64,000 nucleotides of DNA. It comes from the human T2T-CHM13v2.0 reference genome, Homo sapiens. Made by a program: the position numbers and the translations under genes. The notes under the pieces were generated by a model. It saw only the letters and a list, made by a program, of their open reading frames with translations, was not told the DNA's origin and did no database searches. Positions 13,460-28,300 of this stretch are shown here, one piece after another; position 1 is the stretch's first letter, and the number at the start of each line of letters is the position of its first letter. Location of the stretch: NCBI RefSeq assembly GCF_009914755.1, contig NC_060927.1; one strand, given 5' to 3'.

Positions 13460-15877
13460 TATACAGTCCATTCTCACGCTGCTATAAAGCACTGCCTGAG
13501 ACTGGGTAATTTAAAAAGGAAAGAAGTTTAATTGACTCGCAGTTCCACATGCCTGGGAAGGCCTCAGGAAACTTACAATCATAGCAAAAGGGGAAACAAA
13601 CATGCCCTACCTCATATGATGGCATGAAGGAGAAGTACAGGGCAAAACAGGGAAAAGCCCCTTATAAAACCATCAGATCTCATGAGAACTCACTATCACA
13701 AGAGCAGCATGGGGGTAACCGCCCTCATGATTCAATTACCTCCAACTGGGTCTCTCCTGTAACACCTGGGGATTATAAACCTATATTTCAATATGAGATT
13801 TGGGTGGGGGCACGGCCCAACCATATCACTGTACCCCCTCCCAAATCTCATGTCTTTATAATTCAAAACACAGTCATGCCTTCCCAACAGTCCTGCAAAG
13901 TCTTAACTCATTCCAGCATTAACCCAAAAGTCCAAGTCCAAGGTCTTATCTGAGAAAGGCAAGTCCCTTCCTCTATGAGCCTGCAAAATCAAAAGCAAGT
14001 TAGCTACTTCATAGATACAATGGGGGTACAGGCATTGAGCAATACACCCGCTCCAAATGAGAGAAACTGACCAAAACGAATGGGTACAAGCCCCATGCAA
14101 GTCCAAAATCCAAGAGGCAGTAATTAAACTGTAAAGTACCAAAATGATCTACTTTGACTCCATGTCTCACATCTATGTCACACTGATACAAGAGGTAGGC
14201 TCCCACGGCCTTGGGTAGCTCTGCCCCTGTGGCTTTGCAGGGTACAGCTCCCCTCCCGGCTGCCTTCACAGCTGGCGTTGAGTGTCTGCAGCTTTACCAG
14301 GTGCACAATGCAAGCTGTCACTGAATTTACCATTCTAGGGTCTGGAGAACAGTGGCCCTCTTCTCACAGCTCCACTAGGCAATGCCCCAGTGGGGACTTT
14401 GTATGGGGACTCCAACCCCACATTTCCCTTCCACACTGCCATAGCAGAGGTTCTCCATGAAGGCCCTGTCCCTACAGCAGACTTCTGCCTGGACATCCAG
14501 GTGTTTCCATATATCATCTGAAATCTAGGCAGAGATTCCCAAACATCAATTCTTGTCTTCTGCACACCCACAGGCCCAACACAATGTGAAAGCTGCCAAG
14601 GCTTGGGGCTTGCACCTTCTGAAGCAATAGCCCAAGCTGTACACTGGATTCTTTTAGTTACAGCTGGAGCTGAAGCAGCTGGGATCCAGGGCACGGCCCA
14701 ACCATATCACTGTACCCCCTCCCAAATCTCATGTCTTTATAATACCTGAGGTCTTTATAATTCCTGAGGTCTTTATAATTCCTTTATAATGTCCTGAGGT
14801 TGCATAGAACAGGGGGGCCCTGGGCCCAGCCCACAAAACCACTTTTCCCTCCTAGGCCACCCGACCTGTGATGGAAGGGGCTGTGGTGAAGGTCTCTGAC
14901 ATGCCCTGGAGACATTTTCCCCATTGTCTTGGTAATTAACATTCCACTCCCCGTTACTTCTGCAAATTTCTGCAGTGGGCTTGTAATTCTCCCCAGAATT
15001 TTTTTCCCCCTACTACATTGTCATCCTGCAAATTTTCCAAACTTTTATACTCTGCTTCCTTTTGAATGCTTTGTTGCTTAGAAATTTCTTCCACCAGATA
15101 CCCTACATCATCTCTCTCAAGTGCAAAGTTTCACCGATCACTAGGGCAGGGGCAAAATGCCACCAGTCTGTTTGCATAGCAAGAGTTAACTTTATTCCAG
15201 TTCCCAAAAAGTTCCTCATTTCCATCTGAGACAACCTCAGCCTGGACTTTATTGTCCATATCACTATCAGCATTTTGGTCAAAGCCATTCAACAAATCTC
15301 AAGTTCCAAACTTTCCCACATCTTCCTACCTTCTGAGCCCCCCAAGTCTCTAGGAAATTCCAAACTTTCCCACATTTTCCTGTCTTCTTCTGAGCCCTCA
15401 AAACTATTCCAACCTGTGGCTATCAACCAGTTCCAAAGTCTCTTCCACATTTTTGGGTATCCTTATAGCAGCACGCCAATCTCTGTGGTACCAATTTACT
15501 GTATTAGTACCTTATCACATTGCTATAAAGGACTACCCAAGACTGGGTAATTTATAAAGGAAAGAGGTTTAATCAACTCACAGTTTCGCATGGCTGGGGA
15601 GGCCTCAGGAAACTTACAATCATGATGGAAGGGGAAGCAAATATGTCCTTCTTCATATGGCAGCAGGATGGAGAAATGCCAATTAAAAGGGGGAAAAGCC
15701 CCTTAGAAACCATCAGATTTTGTGAGAACTCACATAATATCACAAGAACAGCAGCATGGGGGTAACTGCCCCCATTATTCAATTACCTCCCACCAGGTCC
15801 CTCCCATGACACATGGGGATTATGGGAACTACAATTCAAGGTGAGATTTGGGTGGGGCCACAGCAAAATCATATCAC
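13460..15877 (-). mobile_element. THE1 (THE1C/D-like) MaLR element, LTR-internal-LTR
   Basis: Two ~370-bp LTRs (~13460-13828 and 15500-15877) ending in catatca (reverse complement of tgatatg) flank ~1.67 kb of THE1-int. Confidence 0.95.
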
Positions 15878-16175
15878 TCACAGATGCCTGCGGCAAAAGA
15901 CTGCAATTGAAACATAAGATAGACCACCTAAGGCCTGGGAGCAAAAGCTGGTGAGGACTTCTTTGGGAAATTAGGACATTCAAAAGCATCCATGTGTATT
16001 GGAGAGATGTAGAAGGCCGTGTGTGTGCCTAGAGCAATATGCATGATCAGAAAGTAACTGAGAAGACCCTAAGCTTCCACCAAAAGCTGATCACTATATG
16101 AGGACTGCAAGCGTGGCTAAATGTTAAAGAACTACTGTGGCACAGAGCCAGTCTGCAAAGACAGGAAGAGGTTTC
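15878..16175 (+). mobile_element. Old L1M 5'UTR, right part
   Basis: Apparent continuation of the element interrupted by THE1. Confidence 0.5.
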
Positions 16176-16339
16176 GAATTTTTAGGGTGGGGGTCTATAT
16201 AAATACAAAGTGCTTTTAGCTTTTAAGAGAACAAATACACTGTCCATGATCTCTGTTTGAAGTATTTCCAGGAGTAAGCCTTACTGAATTGGTAAAATTA
16301 AACTGACAGATTCAGTTTAATGAAATCAGGAACTAGAGG

Positions 16340-16545
16340 CATTAAAGTATCATAATTAAAAGCTAAGACTCTACCATTTGTTTGTTATCTCACTTAACCT
16401 TTCAATATCTCAGATTCCTCATCTGTAAAATGGAGAAAACAATAGGTTCTACTGCAAAACGTGGTAAGAAAGATTAAATGAGATAAATGTATGTAAAGTG
16501 CTTATAGTACAATGTAAGTCCTCAAAAAAAGTTAGCTATCATTTT
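16340..16545 (+). mobile_element. MIR SINE
   Basis: ctcagattcctcatctgtaaaatggag...gattaaatgagataaatgtatgtaaagtgctt. Confidence 0.9.
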
Positions 16546-17120
16546 TATTAACATTTTAATCAATGTATTTATAATACTGGTTCTAGTAGAGGTATAAAAG
16601 TAAAAGGCTACTAGTTCTACACAAGGAGAAATACACTTACTCATAACTTAAATAATTGAATATTGTGGCTTTTTTCTTCTTATCAATTAAAGGAGCATTA
16701 TTTCTGAAAAACTTTATCAAAAACTTTATGAATTATATGAGGATGGTGTATAAGTCTTGTGCAGCCCTTATAATATCCTTCCTGACAACGATCTTATCAA
16801 ACATAAAATATTTAAAGAGAATGCAGGATATAGTAAATTTAAATAAAATTACAGCCTTGAAATATAAAGCCATATAATTTCATGAACTTAAGATATATAA
16901 ATGTTTCTTGAAACTGATAAAAGATAAAAAACTAAAACCATGGTCAGTCTATCAATAAACTAAAACTAACATGTATGATAGTACATAGTATTACACATAT
17001 AGCAATAACAGATAAAACAAGCTATAAGAGGAATTAATTAATGATTCTGCAACTAAATGGGAAACAGGGACTAATTTCAAAGATAATCACAAGTAGAACT
17101 ACCCAATTTAAGTTAACATG

Positions 17121-17492
17121 TGCTATGGTTGAATGTGTCCATCAAAAAGCATGTGTTGGAAACTTAATACACAATGCAACAGTGTTGGGAGATGGGGCCT
17201 AGTGGGAGGTGTTTAGGTCAGGAGAGCTCTACACTTATGAATTAATTAATGTTGGTTATAAAATAGCTTAATACTGTGAATTCAATCTCTTGCTGTCTCT
17301 CACATGTGCTCTCTTGCCCTCTTGCCCTTCTGCTTTCCATCATGGGATAATGCAACAAGAAGGCCCTCACCAGATGCTGGCACCTTGAGATTAGATTTCC
17401 CAGGCTCCATAACTGTGAGAAATAAAATTATTTTATTTATGAATTACCCAGTCAGTGATATTCTGCTATGATAACACAAAACAGACTAAGAT
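17121..17492 (+). mobile_element. MST-family MaLR solo LTR
   Basis: tgctatggttgaatgtgtcc start, agaaggccctcaccagatgctggcaccttga, aataaa, acagactaagata end. Confidence 0.9.
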
Positions 17493-17745
17493 AACACATA
17501 ATAACACACAAATCCAAGTATTTCTATTTAGTATGATTGTCATTTTTCCAGGTACTCTATGGATATAAAGCTACCTGATGTCGTAGAAATATAACAGAGT
17601 AGGCCAGAATCAATCAAGAAAACAGAATTCTAAGGCAAAATTAATATTTCTGGGTTCTACCACCCACATCTATTACAAGAGGGGGTGGTACCAGATCATA
17701 TCTGATAATCCAAATCACCTGGGAACAGGTATATAGGTAGTATGC

Positions 17746-17925
17746 ATGTGTGTGTGTGTGTGTGTGTGGTGGGATGGAAAGAGGGGAGAGAGACAGAGAC
17801 AGAGGTAGAGAGAGAGAGAGAGAGAGAGGAAGGGAGGGAGGGAGAGATTTGGGAGAGAGGGGGCAGAGGAAGGAAGGGGGAAAGAAAGTAGCGGGGGAAG
17901 TGAAGGCAGAGAGAGAAAAGAGATT
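17746..17925. repeat. (TG)n followed by a GA-rich polypurine tract, inside a probable MER5-like relic (~17670-18000)
   Basis: Read directly; flanks aaatcacctggga and gggtgaggcctagaa...gattattctgatg resemble MER5A. Confidence 0.85.
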
Positions 17926-18508
17926 GAGATATTTGTGGGTGAGGCCTAGAACTCCACTTTAAAGGGTTCCCTAGATTATTCTGATGATACACAGGCCTTT
18001 CCTATTCTAAAATTATTAGCTTCTACTGTACTAAAAGTGACTATCTTATTATAGAAGGCAATTTAATTTGCCCAAATTGAGGAAATTATTGGGTATCTTA
18101 TATGCCCTCATTTACTAATGACTAACAATAAAGCACAAACTATGATCTCATTTTCCAGCAATAGTAATAGACTGCATTGAGCTATGCCAACTTCACACAT
18201 TATCCTAATATGACCAGTACTATGTGCTCTTTATTAGGGGAGGGTGCAGGCTCCAGATGTTAAGCACAATGCTACTAATGGCCTCTGAGGTTCTACCACA
18301 GACCACCTGGATCTCAAAAGCACCTTTTCGAGAAAGAGTTGCATTGCTAATGCTGCATTTTAGACAATTACAAAACACATTTCCACTTAGCACATAAACA
18401 ACAAAGCAGACTTTCAGAAGAGCTTGCTAAGAAGTAAATATGTTGATAAAGAGTATTTGAAAATATTTCTTTAAACTTGGAGAAATAGTATTAAGGCCAT
18501 AAAAGATT

Positions 18509-18880
18509 TGATATGGTTTGGCTGTTTCCCTACTCAAGTCTCATCTTGAATTGTAGTTCCCATAATCCCCACATATCAATGGGAAGGACCAGGTGGAGAT
18601 TACTGAATCATGGGGGTGGTTTTCCCCATCCTCTTCTCATGATAGTGAGTTAGTTCTCACGAGATCTGATGGTTTTATAAGGGGATTCCCCCTTCGCTGG
18701 GCACTCACTTTCTCTCCTGCTGCCATGTGAAGAAGGACATGTTTGCTTTGCCTTCCACCATAATTGTAAGTTTCCTGAGGCCTCCCAAGCCATGCAGAAC
18801 AGAGTCAATTAAACCTCTTTCCTTTACAAATTACCAGTCTTGGGTATTTCTTCATAGCAGTGTGAGCACAGACTAATACA
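18509..18880 (+). mobile_element. THE1 (C/D-like) solo LTR
   Basis: tgatatggtttggctg...cagactaataca, 372 bp; near-TSD agatt/tgatt. Confidence 0.95.
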
Positions 18881-20527
18881 TGATTATTATATAATTTGTC
18901 CTTCACTCCAATTTTATCTTAACAAAATACAGATAACAATTTAGTTTAACTTTGGCTGAGATTTTTAGCCTTACTACAGTCCAACAAAAGCTTAAATAAA
19001 ACATACCCTCCTCAAAACAACAAAACAAAAAATCATTGTATTTTCAAAAATAATCTAATTGATATTTAGGGAATTCTAACCCTAACATTAAATTATCTAT
19101 TAAGTGCCTGAATATATATAACAAAAATAAAATACATATTATTTACTATATAAAATAGAGTATATGTGGCAGTAAGGTCCTATTTCACTGTCTTTCAAAT
19201 AATACCTATAGAATATTTATATTTATCAAAATTATTCTTTTTCTTCAGTGCAATAAAAAGGAAACATCTTTTTCTAGAGAAAAGAATCCTTGGGGCACTA
19301 CTCATTTCAACTGGTGATTACAATCAGTGCTAGATCCCTCAAGGTTGAACATCTAGTGGACAAGACTTCATAAAATGTAAAGGCATCTGTTAACCCGAAG
19401 TACATAACTTTCAATGTTAATATTAGATATGTCCCATTTTAGAGCCTGAAAAATTCACTGGGACTCTATGCAGGATATAAATTATCATTGTGAACCAGGG
19501 TAGCTGATCCTATCTGTGTCTTTTAAATAACAGCTATCTGAACAAGTTCATATAACAAACATCTACTTAAAAAGCATAAATGGCATTTTTACTAAGACAT
19601 TCCAAAGCCTAAATAAAGAAGTGAAGGCATATATTCTCAAAAATATCTTTAGTCTTATAAAAGATTTACTAACACAAATCACAATAAAACGTTACTGATT
19701 AGTATTTAAATATAAAATCTTCAAATATCAATTTTTTTTAATGTTTACCAATTCCTTCAAATAAAAAAATTCCAAAAATATTTTGATTCCTACAAAAATG
19801 TCTTATTTTACAAATTTTTGCTATGACATTAAGGAATTACTGTACTGTTCTTTCCTTTTTCAAAGAAAAGAATTCTAAATCCACGAATTGATATGTATCA
19901 TTTTATGATAATGCATCTTTATTTACTAAAAAGGTGATTTTTAAAATCTGATAACTAGAAATATGTCAATATAATAGCTATTCCTTTAAATATGCTAGGA
20001 AATGTACAATATTGTACAAAATCCTTGTAGATTATTAAAAATATCATTCAAAGTAGTTATCACTTATTGAGCATTTTATTCAAATTATTCATTACCTAGA
20101 CAAACTGTAAATGGGCCCTAATTAATAAATGCATTTTGTAATTCAAACTTTGTCATAAATTTAGATGTAATAGTTCTTCCAGCATTTTTCAGTTCTTTCA
20201 GCAGTCACATGTTGAACACTTACAGTATTCAAGTGCTGACGTTATAGCGGTAAGCCAAAGCTCAAAACCCATCCCTGACATACTTCAGTTTGATGAATGT
20301 CCAACAGAGCAGAGGGACAGCCAAAGCAATGCACAATGACAACTTTGAAAAATGTTATACAAGATTACTATAATAACATATGAATGAGGGGGTGGATAAG
20401 TCACAGACCAAACAGGGCAAAAAGAGCATCCCACTAGAGATCAGCATATGCCAAGATTCTGTGGAGTTCACGTTAAGGATTTTGGTCTTTATCCCCCAAA
20501 AAAAAACTCAGTAAAAGAAGGGCTATA

Positions 20528-21125
<598 letters not shown>

Positions 21126-21354
21126 AAAAAGATTCGTTTTTAAGTGGTCACTTGAAGTTCAGGGTGAAGTGATTTGTGGGTGGGTGTAGGAAAAAGGAGA
21201 GTGGATGAAGGGAGACTGGATAAGAAGCTGTGTGGTACCCTAAGGCAAAAATAAATGATAGAATAGTTATCAACATTGATGATACCATTAACAGACCATC
21301 TTAAGTGTGGAAATTTACCATTCTGTCAGGACTGTTGCTATTTAAATCTCATTT

Positions 21355-21870
21355 GAATCATTCATTCATTCAATGAACATCTACTGTCTACTATGTGCCA
21401 GACACATAATTCCAGTCCTAGGAACTAGAAGTATTATAGTGAACTATAGTATTACAGAATGAAGTGGAGGAGCAGGCGGAGAAAACACAAGAAAATAAAT
21501 TTGTAAGTTCGGATAATTATAAGAGCTGTAAATAAAATACAAAACAGAATAATGTGACAGTGACTGTGGGAGGTTGCTCTTTGAAGATGAAGGTAATATC
21601 TGATTTTGGATTCTAACGACAAGAAAAAAGTCAGCCATTTGAATATCTATGGCAAAGGGTACAATATGCAAAGCACAAAGGCACTACTACAGAAGCCAGC
21701 TTTTAGATAAGAAAATAAGGCCAAGGTGGCTGGAGGACTGGGGGCAGAGTACTATGAGATGAGGATAAGAATACAGGATAAGAAGTGACCATAGAACTTA
21801 TGGTTTTAATGGGAGGAAGTCTGGATTTTGAAACTACAATGAGAAGCTACTGGAAAGTTATAAAATCACA
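21355..21870 (-). mobile_element. L2 3' region
   Basis: attcattcattcaatgaacatctactgtctactatgtgccagacac (antisense L2 tail). Confidence 0.8.
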
Positions 21871-23019
21871 AAATTAATTCTTTCTAAGATATTCTAAACA
21901 GGTATGCTTTGAAATCATTTCAATGGTGGTAAAAGTATTTTATTTCATGCATAGTAAACAATTATTTATTTATTTTACTGAATTGCTTTCTACCTAGATT
22001 AGTAATTAACTTGATTTCTCAATAAGACTTAAAACAGATCACAATAAAACAAACCAGAAGAAAAGTACATCATAGGTTACTAGTAGGATTTCCAGTTCCA
22101 CCCATAATGGAGTACCACTGCAGCATATTTCTCCCACTGACAACAATTTAGTACTCTGGGCAAAATACAAAAAAACAAAAACAAAAACCACTTGAGTGCT
22201 CTGAAAAGTAAATAACAGGAGGCATATTGGAGAAGAAAATCAGTGGTGTTGAGTTTTCTGTTCTTTCTTCTCCTTTATTTACCACAACAGGATGAATCTG
22301 AGAATTAAACAGCAGGCATCGGGAGCAAAAACCCCAAAAGAATCCCATTTTTCAGAAACTAGAAAAAGGAGGTCCTGTGATCTCGAGAGTGTGGAAAGAA
22401 ATCTCTTTCTTTTTCCCTTCTTTTTTCATTTCTAACCATGTGACAAGACCAGGTCTAGTTGTAGAACTATGCTGCCACAGTAGGTTGGTGGTAGCTGTGG
22501 TGTGGGCACCTAAAACTCTTAATAAGGCTACCCTTTTGATAAGAAAACTGCAGAAAAGGTTCCCTGTTGTGCAGACAGTGAGTGGAGAACCCCAATTATT
22601 TTTTTCTTTGCTATTTCTCTCATCACTTTGCCAAAAAAGTGCATCCATTCATGTGGAACTGTGCAATAGCACAGGAGGCAAATGTTATGATAAAACCAGA
22701 CACAGTGTGTGGGGTAACCCTGTAGAAGAAGGCCTGGACATGGGGATTCTCTAATTCTGTGTATGAAAAGACACAAATCCTGAGCTCACTCCTCACCTGT
22801 ACATGCTCAAAATATACCCAAAGGAGCACAACAAAAGCTTTGAGAACGGAACCATAATATTAATATCAACTACCACCAAAGTCCCAGACTAACCTCTGAG
22901 GGTCACACGCAAGGAGCAGACTAAAAAAGCATGGAAAGGACTTTGAAACTGCTGACACTGGAACCTCCACCCACAGAAAGTGAGTCAGAAACTGTGGTCT
23001 GAACTTAACTGGAACAGCA

Positions 23020-23165
23020 GGAGAGTTGGTAATGGGAAGGAAGGGAGAAGAGAAGGGGAGAGGAGAGGGAGAAGAAGCGAGGGACAAGGGAAGTGGGAGG
23101 GGAGGAAGAGGAAGAGGGAAATAGAAGGAAGGGAAGGGGAGGAAAGGGAAGAGAGGAAGGAGAAA
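23020..23165. repeat. GA-rich polypurine tract
   Basis: Long, nearly pure G/A run. Confidence 0.9.
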
Positions 23166-23365
23166 AATTCTCCAGAGGATTTAACAGGATCCAGAGTTTC
23201 ATAACAAATTATTCAAAATGTTCAAGACACAGTCTAAAATTACTTGCTATATCAAGAACCAGAAAAATATGATCAATTATCAAAATGTAATACAATAAAC
23301 AGATACCAACCCAGAGATGCTCCAGGCATTAGAATCAACAAAGACTTAAAGAAGCTATCATAACT

Positions 23366-23826
23366 TGAGAAGTTTATTTTATTTTTTATCTGTGGAATAT
23401 GAGCCTCTTTAAATTATCAGGCCAGAGAGGCACTGAAATGTGACAGCGGTCAGGTCTCACTTGCACTCCGAGCTAAGTAATTATCTCTTGAAGCCATGTA
23501 CTATGTGGGCTCTAGATTGACACCAAGTAGCCATAAAATTAACCGAACAATACCACGTGCTGGATACCATAACTCATACCCTATAGTTCAACAATGTATA
23601 GCCAATCACTAATCAATGTTATTTCTATCAACCAATGAGAATTCCTATCAAACAACTTTATCAGCCCACTTTTGGTTTCCTTTTTCCTTTAAAATCCTGC
23701 TTGTAACAAAGGCTGAGTGGAGTACTTCCCAAGGCAACTTGGAAATGTTTCTTAGGCAGCTGTCCTCACTTTGGCTTACGTAAACTCTAAAGTTTTATTT
23801 TGTGCCTCAGCTTCTTCAAGTCAACA
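23366..23826 (+). mobile_element. ERV1 (MER4-group-like) solo LTR, subfamily unresolved
   Basis: TG...CA termini, perfect 4-bp TSD aact, CCAAT boxes, tttaaaa TATA-like motif, 461 bp. Confidence 0.85.
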
Positions 23827-24519
23827 AACTTTTCTCTATGAGGTAATGGTGTATAATCTTGAACAGAAAAATAGAAGTTCACTGTAAAATAATAGAAACT
23901 ATTAAAAAGAACCAAATGGAAATCTTAGAACTGTAAAGAACAATACCTGAAATTTTAAAAATTCATAGATGGGCTCTGTAATGAAATGGATAAGACAGCG
24001 GAATGGGACAGTGAACTGAAAGATCAACAAAAGTTATATACAATCTGAAGAACAAAGAAAAACAACATTTTAAAAAATGAAATGAACGGAGTGTCAAGGA
24101 TCCATGGGGACAATACAGCCTCCCAGTAAATCTTCAAAATTCAAAGTATTTTCAAAAACATTATCAAAATCACATAAGTCTTCAATGTAATCTAATTATC
24201 TTCTCATGAGCTACATTGAAATACAGTTACAGCTTAAAGAATAAATGTAAAAATTACCTAAATAAAAATGAGATTATAACAGAATGTAAAAACTAATTTA
24301 ACCCACTCTAATATTAACTTATATTCCATTTCTTGGATATACTTTATTTTTCCAGATGTAAAAGCAATGCAAACTACATTAAAAACTTGTACACTTGAGA
24401 GAAATTATTAAAACAAAAACTACCAACAAAAAAGAAAAAAGAAAGAAAAAGAAAAGTAGACAGCAAAACCCACCCATAATGTGATGCAATTACATGAGGA
24501 TACTTTTCCTTTGACTATT

Positions 24520-24775
24520 TTCTATAAAATTGAATTTACATACTACATAAACAATTTTATATTATATTATTTCATTGTATTATATGAGCATTTCTCCCAT
24601 GTTATTTAAAAAACTTTTTACAAAGAAATTTTAACTGGCTACATAATAATCAATGTATGTCCTATAATTTATTTAACCATTCTTCAATTGGCAGATATTT
24701 CTTTTATTTAAAAGATTTAGCTGTTCTAAATAACACTATGATAAATACCTTTGTGCACAAATCCTTCCATGGCTG
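24520..24775 (-). mobile_element. L1ME 3' fragment
   Basis: ttttaactggctacataataatc...aatttatttaaccattc...taacactatgataaatacctttgtgca. Confidence 0.65.
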
Positions 24776-25707
24776 CCTTTAGAGAAATAAATTGGTTGAT
24801 CAAAAAGTATTAACAAAACCACAAAACAAATAGAAATTGATAAAAATTACAAAACTAATACATAATTATTGTACAAAATTTTCAAATGCAGATCTATATT
24901 CAGAAAATATAAAGCCACACATAATTCTTCCATTGTTAGTATTTTAACATTTGCTCAAATTTTTAACAATATGCATTATATATATTCTATAATTTGAATA
25001 CAATATATAGTTTAATACTATCCTAATATAACTTTCAATGGCTACAAAGGGTGTTACACAATAGCATTACAGAGAAAAAGAATTACCCATCATCAGTAAG
25101 TAAATGTATTCCTACAGCTACTAACCATACAGCATACTATACAGAACTGTCCATGTGAGAAATAACTTCATTGAAAGTCAGTTTTTGAAATGTGAGCATC
25201 TGCATTTTGTAACCCTTGACTTAGGTATTTCATAATACTGACACTTGCCCTGAATCTGTTTTCCCCTTATCAGTGGACATATGGCAACCCAGCTACAGAC
25301 CATATTTCACATCTAGTTTATGCCTAGATATAGCTCTGTATGTTCAAGTGCTAAGGGCATATTCTGTTTTAATGATGTCTTATATGAGCTTTCTTTTCCA
25401 TGGATTAAAACAGTAGTCAATTACAATGGCTAAATCAGGCCAATAATGGCCTCTTTTCATATGACCTGTGGACAAAAAAGGTTTATACATTTTTAAAGGC
25501 TTTTTTTCTTAAAGAGGACGGTCTTTAGTGAAGAACCATAAAAAAAAAAGTCCCGTCTGCCATAGACAATACTTTTGTGAAATAATAAAAATATTCGTAT
25601 AAAAGTGAAATAAAAAGATATATAATATATAAGCCTCAATATTTTATTATTACATTCAAAAGATGGAAAAATTACTCTGTTCTATATATTAACCTTCAGT
25701 TTCCATA

Positions 25708-26050
25708 CAGCAGTCTTTTCTTATTTGTGGTCTTGCTTTCCGTAGTTTCAGTTACCTGCAGTGAACCATGGTCCAACAATAGGTGAGAATAGTACAATAA
25801 GATATTTTTGAAAGAGACTACATTCACTTAACTTTTATTATGTGATAAAAGGATATTGTTATAACTGTTCTATTTTATTAGTAGCATGGTTGTTAATCTC
25901 TTAATATGTCAAATTTATAAATTAAACTTTATCATAGGTATGTACGTATAGCAAAAAACACAGTATATATAGGGTTCAGTACTATCTGTGATTTCAGGGA
26001 TCCACTTCAAGTCTTGGACCATATTCGCCACAGATAAGAGTGTAATACTA
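25708..26050 (+). mobile_element. MER44A (Tigger-type MITE)
   Basis: Matches remembered consensus along its length; TA flanks, degenerate TIRs. Confidence 0.9.
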
Positions 26051-26439
26051 TACTTATACAGTTGAGAACTAGTTACGAACAGTTCTCACCCATGGACTAG
26101 ACTGAGTAGCACAGCTCTAGGAAATGGAAGAAGAACAACAGGGAAGGATCCTGGAGTCAGGGCTGTTAGGTTAAGAGTAATGCACTTCTGCCTTTTTAAA
26201 GTCATTGTATTTTGGGTCTTAGTCATTGCTTAAAATAATACAGAGTTCAAAATGAAATGGCTGATGTTCTCCTCTGTGGCATAAAAATATGTACGGCAGA
26301 AGGATGACTGCCCATCTCTCTTAGATATCCTTTCTTTAGGTTATTTCTCCCAACCCCATTCCTCCTGAAGAGACATACTTTTTATTTTAAGTAATTTACC
26401 CCAAATATAACTCCAAATTTGGTCAAACTCCCTTTAGGT

Positions 26440-27790
<1,351 letters not shown>

Positions 27791-28197
27791 GGAAATCATA
27801 AGTTTAAATTACAAAGGTTTTGAAATACCTGAGAAGAGAGGGAAAGTACAACTTAATTCTTATGGTGATCATGAACTTAGGCTGAAAAGATAAATCATAC
27901 AGTAGAATAAACATGTCAGTCATTGATATATACATCCTAAACTGGCTGGCATTAAGCTTTTACCAATTAATCATCAAAGTAGATAATAACGTTTCAAAAC
28001 TATTTTTCCCATCTAACAGGATCTTGTGTACATTTGTATTTCTTGGAATATCAGGAAAACTAAACTTCTAAAATATGTTTATTGGAAATTTGCATCTCGC
28101 CATTTTTAAATAGCTGGTTAAACTTGTTTTCACTGCTAAATTATCATTTTCTTATTGATTTGTAAAAGCTCTTTAATTTTTAGGGTAATTAACTTTG

Positions 28198-28300
28198 TAG
28201 CCAGGAGTGTTAGTGTGCACCTGTAGTCTCAGTAGCACTTAGGAGGCTCAGACAGGCAGATCACCGGAGCCCTCGGGTTCAAGGCTGATTCCATCTCAAG
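28198..28300 (+). mobile_element. Degenerate Alu monomer fragment
   Basis: agccagg...cacctgtagtctcag...aggaggct...ttcaaggctg. Confidence 0.6.

Larger units (their letters stand above)
22085..24115 (+). mobile_element. Old L1M 5'UTR/ORF1 relic, interrupted by a purine tract and an LTR
   Basis: ORF1-like aaagaaccaaatggaaatcttagaactg...atacctgaaattt...caatctgaagaacaaaga. Confidence 0.75.

Noticed and set aside
15300-15405. Duplicated ttccaaactttcccacat...ttctgagccc block
   Set aside because: I recall this duplication as part of THE1/MST internal consensus sequences, so it is probably not locus-specific; a Dfam alignment would confirm
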